A stretch of 59,288 bases of DNA, filler included, from Sphacelaria rigidula (GCA_964200075.2; 9 parts of 9 records of this genome joined end to end with filler, not necessarily neighbours in it); one strand, 5' to 3'; counted from the first letter of the whole stretch, positions 10,786-23,724 are shown. Numbers and translations: made by a program. The notes: a model not told the origin generated them from the letters alone.

Positions 10786-12776
10786 TACGAGCTGGGCCAG
10801 CCGAGAAGCGAATTTGAAATTTGTAAGCCCATTCACCGGCCAATATTCAGAATTGGACCCTGACATTTGGCATGGACGATGAACGGGGCAAAATAAAAAC
10901 AAATACCAGTGCACACAAGTTTTTTTCCCCCATGAATTAGGGGCAATATGTTCATTGTCCATATCAAATTTCAGGGTCCAACTCTAAATATTGGCCGGTG
11001 AATGGGACGTCTAGAGACGGAGTCAGAAGAAGTTCGGAACAATATTTGCAGGACACTTACCGGCCCACGTTTGGTGTTTGTGTATTGAAACTTTGTGTGG
11101 GCCGTGGCTAGGGCATAATTGACAAAAGAAAGTGCGTCAGGTTGATTATTTTATTTTCTTCAGTGGTTTAGGGCGTTTTAGTACGGAAAAAACATTTGTT
11201 TTCGAGAACGCCCGAACTTTTCCCAAAAAAAAATGAAGGCCCATTTTTTAAAATTCAGCATATCTCTACATTTCTTTATCCTGAGTTTCGAATCACAATT
11301 CTAAAAATTGAGCTAAGAAATTGAGATAAGGTCCAAGAGCAGTGTTCATTTATCCTCAAAACTGCCCTAACCCTTCCCCCCCCCCAAATAAAATGAATGA
11401 AAAAAGCTGTTTCTTCTCGCTCTATTATGCATCAACGGTTCTCCATACGAAATTTTATAGCATAACTCTCAAAAACTGAGATGCGATATCCAGATTTAGT
11501 TCATTTAGTGCCTCTGCTCGTAATATATTGATTTTAGTGTGGAAACGTATGTGCGCCAGATCTCGAGATAGATAACGAATTGGGTGAAGGTGAGGGTATC
11601 TACCGTCTCCCCGTGTTCCAGGGATTGTCCACACCAAAAATCGTCGTCATCCGCTGTATGCATCGATCGGGGTTTCATATGGATTTTAGTCTAGACGCTA
11701 TCTCCGTTAGGTATAGGAGTTACTAGACATATTGGCCCAGACTTTTGAGCAGATGGGCACCTTGCCCTTAACCAGACGATTCATACGATATGTGGATCAT
11801 GGCCCAGCTCGTTTGTGTCGATGAGATATTGCTTTGAAAGCTCAACCCTTAGACAGCGACCCCCCCGCTGGTAGACTGAGGTAGACACACCACTTTTGGG
11901 GTTCAGAATCATCCCTTTGTCACAACTCAAAACGCCTACTCTGCGGCGGAAGGGATCGGGAGTCATAAGAGGCACATAGTTATGAGATCCATAACACAGA
12001 CGGTGGTGTGGTGGTCGACCACCTGATTATTACGCCGCATATCTTTGCTGTGCAGTCTGTAGTGTATCGTGTCGCGGCTGCACGTGCAGTCTGCAGCGTA
12101 CTAGATCTTACAGTGTTGACCATGCCGAGTGTACGCACCGCGCGTTTGGATATCGCACCATGACTACCGCCGCGAACGCCCCTGACTACCGTAGAGCACT
12201 TGCTCGGTGATGGCGGTCGCCTCACCGTCGAAGTACTTGTCTACATCTACATACGTAGGATACTCGTGGCCGCCGCTCGTGTGTTGCGCCATAACGTTTT
12301 ATACCAGATGAAGGTGTGGAGCTAGAAGGACGCTCAGGCGGTACTGAACAGACAGACACAGTGTACCGAAGATGCTTGAACACCTGCGTTTTGGTTATAT
12401 AGTCTATCATTGATTTGGCATGATCAAAATGAGATTCGAGGGTAGACGGCGAATGTGTCTACCAGCTGTCTACCTTAAACGCAACAAAAGTAATGATTTT
12501 GACGACCGTGATTGGTCAGAATGGTCATCCCGCGCCTCTCGGGCCTGGTGCATGGCTCATCATTTTACGCGAGAAACTTTCAAACACACATGGTTAGCTC
12601 GGTGAGATTCTCCGATGCTCCGCGAAGAGACAACCCACCCTTTCTCGAAAACCACCCGCCCCCCCCCGAGCTCTGGAAACCCCCGGATGTCTCGGGACTA
12701 TCAGCCTGTACAACTGTTCCGAGGCGACGCTTGTCTTCTACGGGTTAAATCCCTTTTTAGGCTGGCCCAGCTAGTA
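10786..12776. mobile_element. Non-autonomous TIR transposon, TA-flanked (Tc1/mariner-like termini)
   Basis: Ends TA-CGAGCTGGGCCAGCC and GGCTGGCCCAGCTAG-TA. The first ~950 bp are colinear with 17050-18085, with an internal palindrome at ~10825-11005. Confidence 0.8.
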
Positions 12777-13099
12777 AATTCTCCGATTCTCTGGACGTTG
12801 ACTTTTGGTTCATCACCGTTCTGCTCAGATCGGGGGACTGGGCTGAAATCCTCGTATTTATACAAATACGGGTTGGTTGCCATCCCAGATGGTCTCAAGA
12901 CCGAAATTGGAGGTGAATGATATTCTTTCATCAAAAATTTGTTTTGGGTACTGATGTCTCTCGACTTCCAGGATTGGGAAACTATAATAACAGACGCCGT
13001 GGCGAGTCAAGGAAACCGGAAACCTCCCGAAAATCGCTTTTAACCCTTTTGGGACCGGACCCCCACTAACACAGGGTTGACCCTGTGTTAGTGGAATAA

Positions 13100-13199
13100 N
13101 NNNNNNNNNNNNNNNNNNNNNNNNNNNNNNNNNNNNNNNNNNNTTAATTAATTAANNNNNNNNNNNNNNNNNNNNNNNNNNNNNNNNNNNNNNNNNNNN
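13100..13199. other. Artificial contig linker
   Basis: N44-TTAATTAATTAA-N44. Confidence 0.98.
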
Positions 13200-14655
13200 A
13201 GGTACCATTCAATTCCGCGCTCTAGCGAAGAAACAGGGGAAAACGGATTTGTGGGCGCCATTTTTCGATTTTCCTCATTCTCGACCACTCCCCCCGGGGG
13301 GGGGGGGTATAAACCGTTTTCCAGTCTGTAGGGCCCCTTGGAGGCACAGCTGTCAAACAACGCAAATGGTGGAAAATGACGAAAGCGGTACCCCTCCCAG
13401 GCACGACCTGGATTGCAAAGATCCGAAGCAAAGTTGTGTGTTGATATCAACAACAACATACAGACGGCGTGACCGATGGATCTGATGTTCGCCGGCGGTA
13501 TCTATAGTTCTTATGTTTTACTGTAAGGAGGCTTTTCGACGGAAACGGCACGAGTTGCTGAACCAAGTTTTGACCATGAAGGTCAGATCGAGGAAGGTTG
13601 CTGCCTAGCCCCGTTGGGTGCTAAAGTGGCATATGCCGCGACAGTATGCTGTGGACATCAAGGATATGGACCATCGCCGCCATTTGGGCGCTGGTTCTTC
13701 GGGATGTCCTTCCGGTTGTGGTGCAGCAGATTGGTGGAAGCGATCATATTTTCAAGGTGCGGGCACTGAAGCATGCCTCTGTGAAACAATCGCTGTGTGC
13801 TCAGGGCAACGCGATAAAGCAGGAGGGTGCTCGTACTCGTGTAGAGAAGTGGGTAGCGGGCGAGGCGGGGATGGTGTTGTGTTGCACGTTCAGGATGTCG
13901 CTTCGTTGGATCCACTTGTTTCGTGATCATGCTACAGTGCCCGCACACAACAAACATTCTCCTCTTAACTATTGGTGCACGGCGTCATCAGCGAGTATGC
14001 GTAGTGATCAGGCTCGGTTTCCTGTTCACAGTACCACGATTCTGAACCGGTACCAAAAAGCACACTATTATTATGGCATGAATTTGGAGTCGTACATACA
14101 TGAATGTTGAAGTTGCCGTGATCTAGGAGGTGTGCATCTCTGCAACAGCACCCCCAAATGATATACAACATGAGGCGGCATTTTGACGAAACAAGGAAAG
14201 CGAGAACAATGCCGTGATATAGTGATGGTGACGTGACGGTTTACAAATTTATTTTCACAAGATATCACACGCCGTTCTAATGTAGGGGGAAAGAGGAGTG
14301 ATGCAATGACGGTAACAGCACACGGAGTAGCCCAGCGACTTCAGGCAGGGCGGCAATCACGCGCAAGGGTGTATGTGTATTGTCGCCGGTCGATACACGG
14401 ACGGCCTCCAGCTCAGGAAGGAGAAAACGCAATAGCAGCAGCAGCAGCAGCTTTATCGCCAGTGGATATATACTGCTGTGGGTGGGTCTGAATCAGCTGA
14501 TGCCGATGGTGCTGCTGCTGCTGCTGCTGCTGCTCTTCCCCGTGCGAGAAGCGGTCCGCATTTTGATGGTGCGACAACGCCCACGCATCTTGCGCGCGAT
14601 GGCCGCCGTGCTGGAAAGCGCTAGTCCGTACTACCCGCCGATGGGTCTATGCTTC

Positions 14656-15259
14656 CACAGGCACCGTAGGTAAGGTAGGTACCCGATACCGGTATTTGGG
14701 ACATCTCATACCCTACCGATACCGGTCCAATCCGGTATTTTCAAATGTAATACCTACGACGCCTACGATACCAGGGTACTTCGAGATTTCAATGCCTACC
14801 GTACCTGCCACACCCGATATTTTCAAATGTCATACCTACGATACCTGCGATACCAGGGTGTTTCGAGATTCAATACCTACCGTACCCGCCACACCCGGTA
14901 TTTTTAAATGTAATGCCTACGATACCTGCGATACCAGGGTATTTCGAGATTTCAATACCTACCGTGCCCGCCCAATCCGATATTTTCAAAACTCATACCT
15001 ACGATACCGACGATACCAGGGTATTTCGAGATTTCAATACCTACCGTACCGGCCCAATCTGGTATTTTGAAATGTCATACCTACGATACCTACGATATCA
15101 GGGTATTTCGAGATTTCAATACCTACCGTACCCGCCCAATGCTGTATTTTGAAATGTCATACCTTACGATACCTACGCATACCACGGTATGGGANNNNNN
15201 NNNNCCCCGGTAAATACCGGGGGTACGCTCGGTACGGTGCCTTACCTACGGTGCCTGTG
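14656..15259. mobile_element. TIR element filled with an ~80-85-bp minisatellite (contains a 10-N gap)
   Basis: Perfect 20-bp TIR CACAGGCACCGTAGGTAAGG / CCTTACCTACGGTGCCTGTG. Internal tandem unit CATACCTACGATACCTGCGATACCAGGGTATTTCGAGATTTCAATACCTACCGTACC... Confidence 0.75.
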
Positions 15260-15340
15260 AAAACTTCGACTGCCCAACTTGTAACCAGATCCGAAAAGCT
15301 TCGCACTGCCAGATGACAATGTTGAATTCGGTATAGAGGG

Positions 15341-15620
15341 TAAGGCAGGTACCCGGTAACGATATTTGGGACATCTCATACCCTACCGATACCGACCCAA
15401 TCCGATATTTTCGAAACTCATACCTACAATACCTGCGATACCACGGTATTTCCATATTTCAATACCTACCGTACCTGCCAAATCCGGTATTTTCAAATGA
15501 CATGCCTGCGATACCTACAATACCAGAATATTTCGAGACTTCAATACCTACCGTAGCCGCCAAATCCGACATTTTCAAGTGTCATATCTACGATACGTAC
15601 GATAAGCAGGGTATTTCTTG
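15341..15620. repeat. Second, partial copy of the minisatellite-containing element
   Basis: Starts TAAGGCAGGTACCCG...TTTGGGACATCTCATACCCTACCGATACCG as at 14671, followed by about three of the same units. Confidence 0.75.
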
Positions 15621-15904
15621 AGTATCTCTCTGTTCTGTGCGACAGTTTCGATCATCGGATCACTCGCTGTTACTACTTTATGTATACACCAGTACGTGGC
15701 AAAGTAGTCGGAGAGGTCACACGCGGGGACTGATTCCAGTACAAGTAGGTCTCCTGTAGTTCAATCGGTCTCATACTCGTACGGATCTTTCGTAGTACAG
15801 GTGCCCTTTTTTCGTGTAGATGTTTTTTTTCTTGCCTTCTTCTGCGGACTGTTTAGTGTTATTTTTAACAACAGTTGTAGTGAGAATAATGATGATAATA
15901 ACAA

Positions 15905-16825
15905 CAGCACGGATTCGGTATTGAGGTTCAACATCTTATTGAGGTTTAACGGATCATGGAAATTCCATTTACTTTGTTCAAAAGCCTTGGGAGTCGCAAG
16001 CGGTTTCGACCATGTGCCCCTCATCGAGAAGATTCTGCACTACAGGGAAAGCATCATGGTGTGCAGTCCAACCGAAAAGTCGCCCTAATTCATTGTGCCG
16101 CATCTATCGAGCAACCCTTGCGCCTAAGCGCCACGGAACACGGAACAAAGCGTGCCGAAAACATACTTCTTTGAACTACAGTAGCCATCGAATTTTCCAG
16201 CGCCTCTTGTTATGTATCAGAGAGAGACTTCATACTGTTGCGCCGGTGACGACCGCCGTCAGCGAAACGATCCAATGCGGCGGCAGACGCCAATGATGTT
16301 TGAAACGCCTCGTCATTCAGCAGTCTGCTGAGATATACCATCACCATAGCACAGCATCACCTCAGTACAGTGGTCAGTTGGATCAATTGGGTGCCCCGCG
16401 ATAAAGCTGCAGACACACACAACGGGGGTTAGGGTTAGTCCGACGCCTGGGGTTGTTTCGCCAGTAGTGCTCATGCGAGGCCCTTCATCTAGTCTGAACC
16501 AGCTATCACGCCTTGTATGGCCACCTCCGCCGTGGCTGTGTTGAGAACCGGTTTCGCGGTGGAGCTGTTGAACAACACTACTGTTGTAGTGCGACGCGCT
16601 TGAAAAATTCGAGCCGTTTCTTGTGAATTTTAAAGCCGCGGTAGCTGTAGTTTGAATATCTCTTCTGACGGTCCCAAACGGGATCTGATGCAGCGACGAA
16701 AAGCACTGGCATCCTCCCCTCAGATGGGATTTGAGACTCCCAAGCCTTTTGAACAAAGTACAAGAAATTTCGATTGTCCGTTAAACCTCAATAAGATGTT
16801 GAACCTCAAAAACAAATCCAGGCTG
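15905..16825. mobile_element. Non-autonomous TIR element with ~100-bp TIRs
   Basis: TTGAGGTTCAACATCTTATTGAGGTTTAACGGA...TTTGTTCAAAAGCCTTGGGAGTC is inverted at 16733-16825. The termini are related to 49721-50109. Confidence 0.75.
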
Positions 16826-17049
16826 TTTAACCATATCAGTAGCAATCAAAATCGTAACAATGATCGTTATTAATACTAATCCTAACAACAGCTGCAATAT
16901 TTACAACAATAATAATGGTAATAACATAAATTAATAATACAAAAATAAAACAAGAACGATGATGTTGATGAAAACAATGGCAATGGCAATGATAATGAAC
17001 ATCGTGATGATGATAATGATGATGATGAATATGATCTGATGTGTTGTAG

Positions 17050-19399
17050 TACGAGCTGGGCCAGCCTAGAAGCGATCTTATAGTTTGCAGGTCCATTTGT
17101 CGGCGAATATTCAAAGGCGGACCCCAAAATATGGTTTGGACAATGAAAATGGCGAAAAAAAAAAACTCTCCACACATTTGCTTTTTTCATGAGGTGAGGG
17201 CATTTTACCGGTACCTGAAAACTGATTATTGTCCTTAACTCATGAAAAAGAGAAGACACATTCTGTGTGCAGAGGTCATTTTTGTTCATATGCCCTTTTT
17301 ATTGTCCATACCAAATTTCAGGGTCCAAACTCGAAATATTCGCCGACGAATGGGCGGTTTAGTGACCTGGTCGGTAGAAATTCGGAACAGTATTTTGCAG
17401 GCCACTTACCGACCCATGTTTGGTGTTTGTGTATTGATTTTTTTTGTGGCACGTTGCTAGAGTATAATAAACCACAAAAAGTAGGTCAAGTTGGCGAGTT
17501 TTTTTTTTCACTGGTTTAGGGCGTTTTAGTATGGTAACGGCCATTTTTTTACGAGAACGCCCAAACCTCTCGCACTCAAAGAAATAATGTAGGCCCTTTT
17601 CTTTTTCATTCAGCATACTTCTGTGGTCCTCCATGCTAAGTTTCAAATCACCTTTATCAAAGTTGAGCTAAGAAATTGAGATGAGGTGAGAGGAGGTGTA
17701 GGAGCAGTGTTCATTTCTCCTTACAACTCCCCTAAAAAAGGGGGGAAAATGAACAAAACCGAAAAATAGAAAAACTGTTTGTTTTCATGTATCATGCACT
17801 AGCGGTTCTCCATGCGAAATGTCATAACACAACTCTCGAAAGCTGAGACGCGATATCCAGATTTAGGGCATCTAGTGCGTCTGCTCGTAATACATTGATT
17901 TCAGTATAGAACCCTATGTGCGCCATATCTCGAGATAGATTACGAGTTAGGTGAAGGTGAGGGTACCTATCGTCTCCCCGTGCTCCAGGGAATGTCCACA
18001 CCAAAAGTCGTCGTCATCCGCTGAATGTATCGTTCGGAGTCTCATATAGATTTCAGTATGGACGCTATAGGGATTACTAGACATGGGGTTAACCCTTTTG
18101 GGATTGGGCCTCCAGAACGACCGATGAGGCTGGTAAGGAATGACGTGTCCTGCGTATGCATGAAACAGTGGCTTCATGTTGCTAAAAACCAATGTATATA
18201 TGTAACGGCAGGGTTAGATGAAGACCGGAAGTTTCATCCAATATTTTTTCAGGTGCAGGTACAGATTGTCTCTACTATAATTCGGGTGTTGTGCGCATCA
18301 GGCAACGTACAGATGTATCAAGCAGTATGAGTCGCGGTGGAGAGCTTTCGACAGCATGTGGCAACCGCCGCCCGCCACTTGTGGCCTTATTATATTGTCC
18401 CCATCACGTTGCCACACAGCCCTTTGCGGTCGGGATGGGCCGCGATTTCCGTCTTTGTTACAGGCGGCAAATTTCTTCGAACGGCATGAGCGTTGAGCCA
18501 CAGACACAGTACAGGGCAGCACGCCTTTCCGAATGCAGCAGCAGCTGCCGCTGCATACCCCCTCACATGTTCTGGGCAGTTCTCCGCGACGGAGATCAGC
18601 TGCCTTTACACAGCTCGTTTGTTACCGTCGATTATATACGACCTTACCGCCGCTTGTACCGCTTCGACATAGGGATACGCAGAACTCACGCCTCTAGCTC
18701 CGTCTCTCGTCCCACAGCGTTGCCAGCTTCAGTCGCCTTGTGAACGTGACCACATATATAGTAGGGTACATTTATTCCCGAATTTCTCCCGAGCACTACG
18801 TGTTAGTCTTATCAACTAGGGTTCACTATAGGATGGCGACATGAGAAAAATCGGGAGATGGGAGGTTTGGCCTACATAAAATGCAAGTAAATGATGAAAA
18901 ACGGGAATCCGAGCCCCAACAACGTGGGGTTTCTTTTGCTTCGAAGGCTTTTTCGTGGGCCAGGGACAGGGTACACCAGCTTTGCAGTGACATCACTCCC
19001 GGCGACAGCCCCCCCCCCCCCCCCCCCCCCCCGTCCTCGGTTTTGGGGTAAATTTGCCCTTTCCCTGTCTTTCCGGGGGGGCTTGCTGATTTTTTTTTTT
19101 TTTTTTTTTTACTGGTCGTTTTGATGTGGTCGATAAATTTCGCCTCGTCCTGATTGGACAGGTCGCTCTCAGACTTATTTATTATTTTTTTACTAGCACT
19201 TAGTGAACCCCTTGTCAGTGAGCTCCAGTCCCAAAAGGGTTGATCAACGAGAAAATATTGGCCCAGACTTTTGAGCAAATGGGCACCTTCCGCTTGATTA
19301 CACGATTAATACGATATGCGGATCACGGCCCAACTCGTTTGTGTCGATGAGAAATTGCCCTGGGAGCTTGAATCCGTTTCTAGGCTGACCCAGCTCGTA
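17050..19399. mobile_element. Second copy of the TA-CGAGCTGGG TIR family, with a different interior
   Basis: Ends TACGAGCTGGGCCAGCCTAGAA and TTCTAGGCTGACCCAGCTCGTA. Colinear with 10786-11830 apart from extra sequence at ~18089-19250. Confidence 0.8.
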
Positions 19400-19616
19400 G
19401 CGGATATGATACCGGCAGTGACTGTGACCATGAAGATGATAATGATAATGGTAGTGATATTACCAATGATGATTATGGAAACGTTTTACATGTTTTCTCA
19501 AGCCACTTTCGAAGCATGAAGGCCTCCGAAGGCCACTTACTGGCTACAGGAGTGTTTCAATGCACGCGAACAGCTGGTTAGGCGAGGTGATTTCTCCTAT
19601 ATCCCTCCCCTACAGC

Positions 19617-19698
19617 ATTGAAAAAATGGAAGACAAAATCAGCGAGGCACAAGCAGGATTTAGACCAAACCGTAGTTGCGTAGACCATGTGTACACAC
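19617..19698 (+). mobile_element. LINE reverse transcriptase fragment (cut by contig end)
   Basis: KISEAQAGFRPNRSCVDHVYT, the non-LTR RT QxGFRxxRS motif. Confidence 0.8.
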
Positions 19699-19798
19699 NN
19701 NNNNNNNNNNNNNNNNNNNNNNNNNNNNNNNNNNNNNNNNNNTTAATTAATTAANNNNNNNNNNNNNNNNNNNNNNNNNNNNNNNNNNNNNNNNNNNN
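19699..19798. other. Artificial contig linker
   Basis: N44-TTAATTAATTAA-N44. Confidence 0.98.
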
Positions 19799-19902
19799 CT
19801 CACGACCGTCATTTTTTTTTTTTTTTTGGTACTGCGTATTCGTCCATGAAGCCGAAGAGCAGGCAGGCGGTAAACAATCCTTCGAGCACAGTGTCGTACC
19901 TT

Positions 19903-20214
19903 GGTGTGTGTGTGTTGTCGTCCCATTTATCCTGGGTAACACAGGAGGAAGGTGAACACAGGAGCTTCTTTTTTATTTCTTTTTAATATCCCACCTGCCT
20001 TCTGCGGTACTTGCCTGTTTTTTTTTATCGCGAGAAGAGTTCAGCAGTCCCTTTCCCTCGTTGACCGTTCCGCCGAATTTTGTGTACCCACGACATAGTC
20101 GCTCTCCACTGTTGGGGATGGTGTGGTGAAAGATTTCAGATCCCTCCGGGAATGGAACCTCCCTACGCAACCATCAGAAGGTTACGAGGTTACCGAGCCA
20201 CCGGGGCGACCGGT
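19903..20214 (-). mobile_element. tRNA-derived SINE copy
   Basis: Minus strand starts ACCGGTCGCCCCGGTGGCTC. Body and CA tail are homologous to 7683-8040. Confidence 0.8.
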
Positions 20215-20339
20215 CTCTTGGTACCCTTGGGTAACACAGTGCAGGACACTTCATCGGTACAGTGCATGATAACGCTGTGTGGTGATACGTGATGAGACAG
20301 TCGGTATAGCGAGAACAAGAACAAAAAACAGCGCGCTAG

Positions 20340-20780
20340 CAGAGTCCAGTAGTGCACTGCCGTACATCACCCCTCAAATATAACGGCAACAGCTAGAAAA
20401 GTACCGTGGCGTTCGTCATGGTGATACATATGGCAGCGCAGCGCAGCACAAAATATTACCATCGCCGCACGGCACGGCGTCATCACGTAATATCCGCTTG
20501 TCAAACCCTGTGCGAACTTGCGTTAGCAGGTGGCGCGGGCACAAGGCACACCCTGCGCTGTCACGACCAAGTCTTCGGCTGTTGCAGAAAAATCAAATGC
20601 CTCGGACCCCACCATTGTACGGCCATGCACGTATTTTACCCCAGAAAAATCGGGGGGTCACGATCTCGGAACGATTTACCTCGATTTTTTCCGAATCTCG
20701 GTTTACAACATGCGTTCCCCGATTTTGGAACAAAATCGAGATTCGTGCCTCCGAAAATGTTCGTCTTACATGGGCCTCAG
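20340..20780. repeat. Dispersed repeat, inverted homologue of the interior of 44243-45107
   Basis: CCATCGCCGCACGGCACGGCGTCA...ATCCGCTTGTCAAACCC matches the reverse complement of ~44545-44690. Confidence 0.6.
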
Positions 20781-23724
20781 TTATTCCGCCGATCCCCTGG
20801 CAAAAGGGATTATGAGAAGGAAGGATAATTGCCTCTGTTGAAAGAAGTCCTTACCAACAGCCTGTCGTCGTTGAAACAACCTACCTAAGGCGCGTTGTGG
20901 CGTTTTGCCCGCCCCCACCCTCCGCGGGGGACTCCCACCTAGAGTTGGACCCAGAGGGCTACATGAGTCAATTTTTGGGGGGATAAGTACACAATTATCA
21001 CCGGAGACCAACATGTAAATAAATGCTAATGCTCTCTATTTTTTTTTCTTGTAGCAGTAGTGCACCTTCCTTCGGCAGTGCTTGACCTAATTTTTGTTGC
21101 TAAAGGGGTTCAGCGGCCCATTCTCTCATCGACCGTGAATCCGTATTTTTGTTCGTGTGGCGCTTATTTGTCATGTCCAGGGGTAATGAAGAGTTTTGGA
21201 AATCAAAATCTTGAGCCAAAAACTCGAGGATAATTTTTGTCTTCTTACAAAAATCCAATTGAACGATAACTATCCGCGATTTTTTACGGCCTGTTTTTAT
21301 TTCCTGAAACTCTCCAACGACATTGAAAAAAGGATGGGTACGTCCAAGCTCCAGTCGCTCCAAGGTCGAACTGGATGCCCCCAAAAATACAACAGAGTGC
21401 CGGAATCATGAAGGAATAGTTGATACAGTCATTTGGAGGTGACATGACCCGCCTGGCCTTCTTATTTTCTTCTTGGGCAAACTGCATTTTTTCGGATGAT
21501 GTGTGATGTGGGCTGTAGCTTGCCTTCGCACATTCTTTTTTGAAAATCGAAAAATTGCGGTGGAGAAGTGAAATTTCAATCTGATGGGTTCACAGCATTT
21601 CTGTTTCTTGATGGCCTCAACTATTTTTTCAACTGATACCGAGCGAACGCGAAGTACAGGATAAAATTTGTGAGCTTTTTCGACCGAAACATGCCGAAGG
21701 AAGGTACGAAAGGGTACTCCACTCCTATCTTGCAGATCTCCGCGCAATACCCACATGAGTCATCCTCAGCTAACATTGCATTCCTGCAGTTTGAAGCATG
21801 AGTTGAGCAGAGGCATGGATCACTGCACTGAGATAGATGCACGGTTGGGTATGGTTTGTTGATGTATTGTTCGTGAAAACATCGGCATATTCTTTTGTGG
21901 TAGGGATCAGTGACGGAATTGCGTGATGGGGTGGGCGACTGACTTCCGCGCTCACGGGCACGGTGCAGGCAGTTCGTCCGAGTCCTTCGAATATTTCACG
22001 TCGCATGGTGAACCGAGAGGACACATACTCCTGCCTGCGCTGACTGTAATGAACGTTGCCCCTTTTCCTCCACATCCCCTGAAAGATAGACTGCACACAA
22101 ACAGTATACAGTATGTGCTGTCTGAGGAGTTTGGAGAATTTCATAGCCTTTTTTGTTTGGAAGCTTGTAGATTCGATTTGACCGAACTCGCGAAGAGTGA
22201 ACGAATTCGCTTGAATCAAATTCACCACACTTTTCTTTTCGAACATGAAACAATTTCAAGCGGGTTTTATCGAAGGGGATTATCCTTTTTTTCAAAAACC
22301 CCTCTTGAACAGGGAATGCCCCTCCTACGAAGCAGTTTTGTCCAGATCGAAGCCCAGATCTGCGCACAGGTTCATAATACGGGGATTCTTGAAGTGGTCG
22401 TTTGCCCAAAATGTCTGCAATGTTGCAGACGAGACGCACCTAGGCAACACCTACATACCAAGCCCCGAAAAAATACGCACACACACACACCACTGGCGCG
22501 CATTGGTTCCAACGCCAACCTTTTTCTAATCCACACACGGCAGCCTTTGTTTGATGTAAATCCGTCCTGTATTGGGTGAGGAGCCTCCACGTGCATGTCA
22601 GCAACAACCGATAATGTGTCTTCGATGGATTGAGTGATTATCGCTTTCACTGACCACCCATGGGTCCAGCCGTGGTCGCATGATGGACGCACCCAAGAAA
22701 AGCTCACCGTTTGTGGGTGTGTACCATGCGCGCGTCTCACCTAGATCACGTTCTCATTACACTCTGAACGGATTCGAGCAAGGTCACACAGGACGTGCAG
22801 CAGATGAACAGCTACGGCTCGAGTTGTGTGTTTTTGGTTCGTGGGGCCACCAAATTCCTCACCCTCAGGTTGTGTTGGGATGTGTGACACGTGACATCAT
22901 CTGTATGTATCCCTGTCAATGGAACATGTGTACTCGTCTTCAAGCTGTCCGGAAATCCTTCTTTTGAAAAAAGATATTTAATATTTCGGCACGATTTTTA
23001 GGGCGTGGTATCGCAGTGACTATTCGGGGGTCGTCTCTGAAATAAGGGATTTCAAGAGAGGGGACAATCCTCTTCGATGAGAACCTGCCTCGTCTGGATT
23101 ACGGGATTATCACTTCTTCCAGAATCACTTCTGTAAAATGATTCCACCCCACAGCAACCAGTTTGAGTTACCGAGAAGCAGTCTTTGTCCGGATCGAAAC
23201 CCAGATTTGCACAGATACGACGAAGCGGTGGTTCTCAAGGGGGTAATTGGTCCATCATTTCTGTACTGGTACAAACACCACCTAGCAAGGTAACCCACAA
23301 CCTACACACCGATCGCTGATAGGACACGCACACCCACCACTGACGCGCATTGGCTCTGGCGGTTGCTCTTTCTAATAATGTACACACGGCAGGCTGTTTC
23401 TGTATCTGAGCAAATGCGGCCGCGTGCGCTTCAAATTATAGAGAGATGAATCCGTTCGGTAGGAAACAGACTGCTGATGAGAAGCGCTTATCATCGAGCA
23501 CCGCGAGGTACGCTGCCAGTACAAAGCAGCCCGCACAACGGTCTAATACGTGAACGGATTCACACGGCTGGACACTTGATGGTACATGCAGTACACCTGC
23601 GAAGGTCGAGTGCTAACTGTGGAGCACAAGTAGGTGGGGGAATATGCAAAACAGACTGCACAATCATACGGCGGCCGTTTTTCATTCACCAAACGATGGA
23701 TGATCGTTATCATGCGGATTCGGG

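Noticed and set aside
11455..11637. Conserved small ORF shared with 17822-18004 as a real gene
   Set aside because: Both lie inside copies of the same TIR element, the copy at ~31460-31615 is disrupted, and no ATG start is seen.
14433..14535. Opposed (CAG)n and (CTG)n tracts forming a hairpin
   Set aside because: These are short simple repeats, and chance complementarity is enough to explain it.
14696..15152. Repeat array as CRISPR or as a repetitive protein ORF
   Set aside because: The units are contiguous with no unique spacers and no cas genes. The ORFs are a by-product of the minisatellite.
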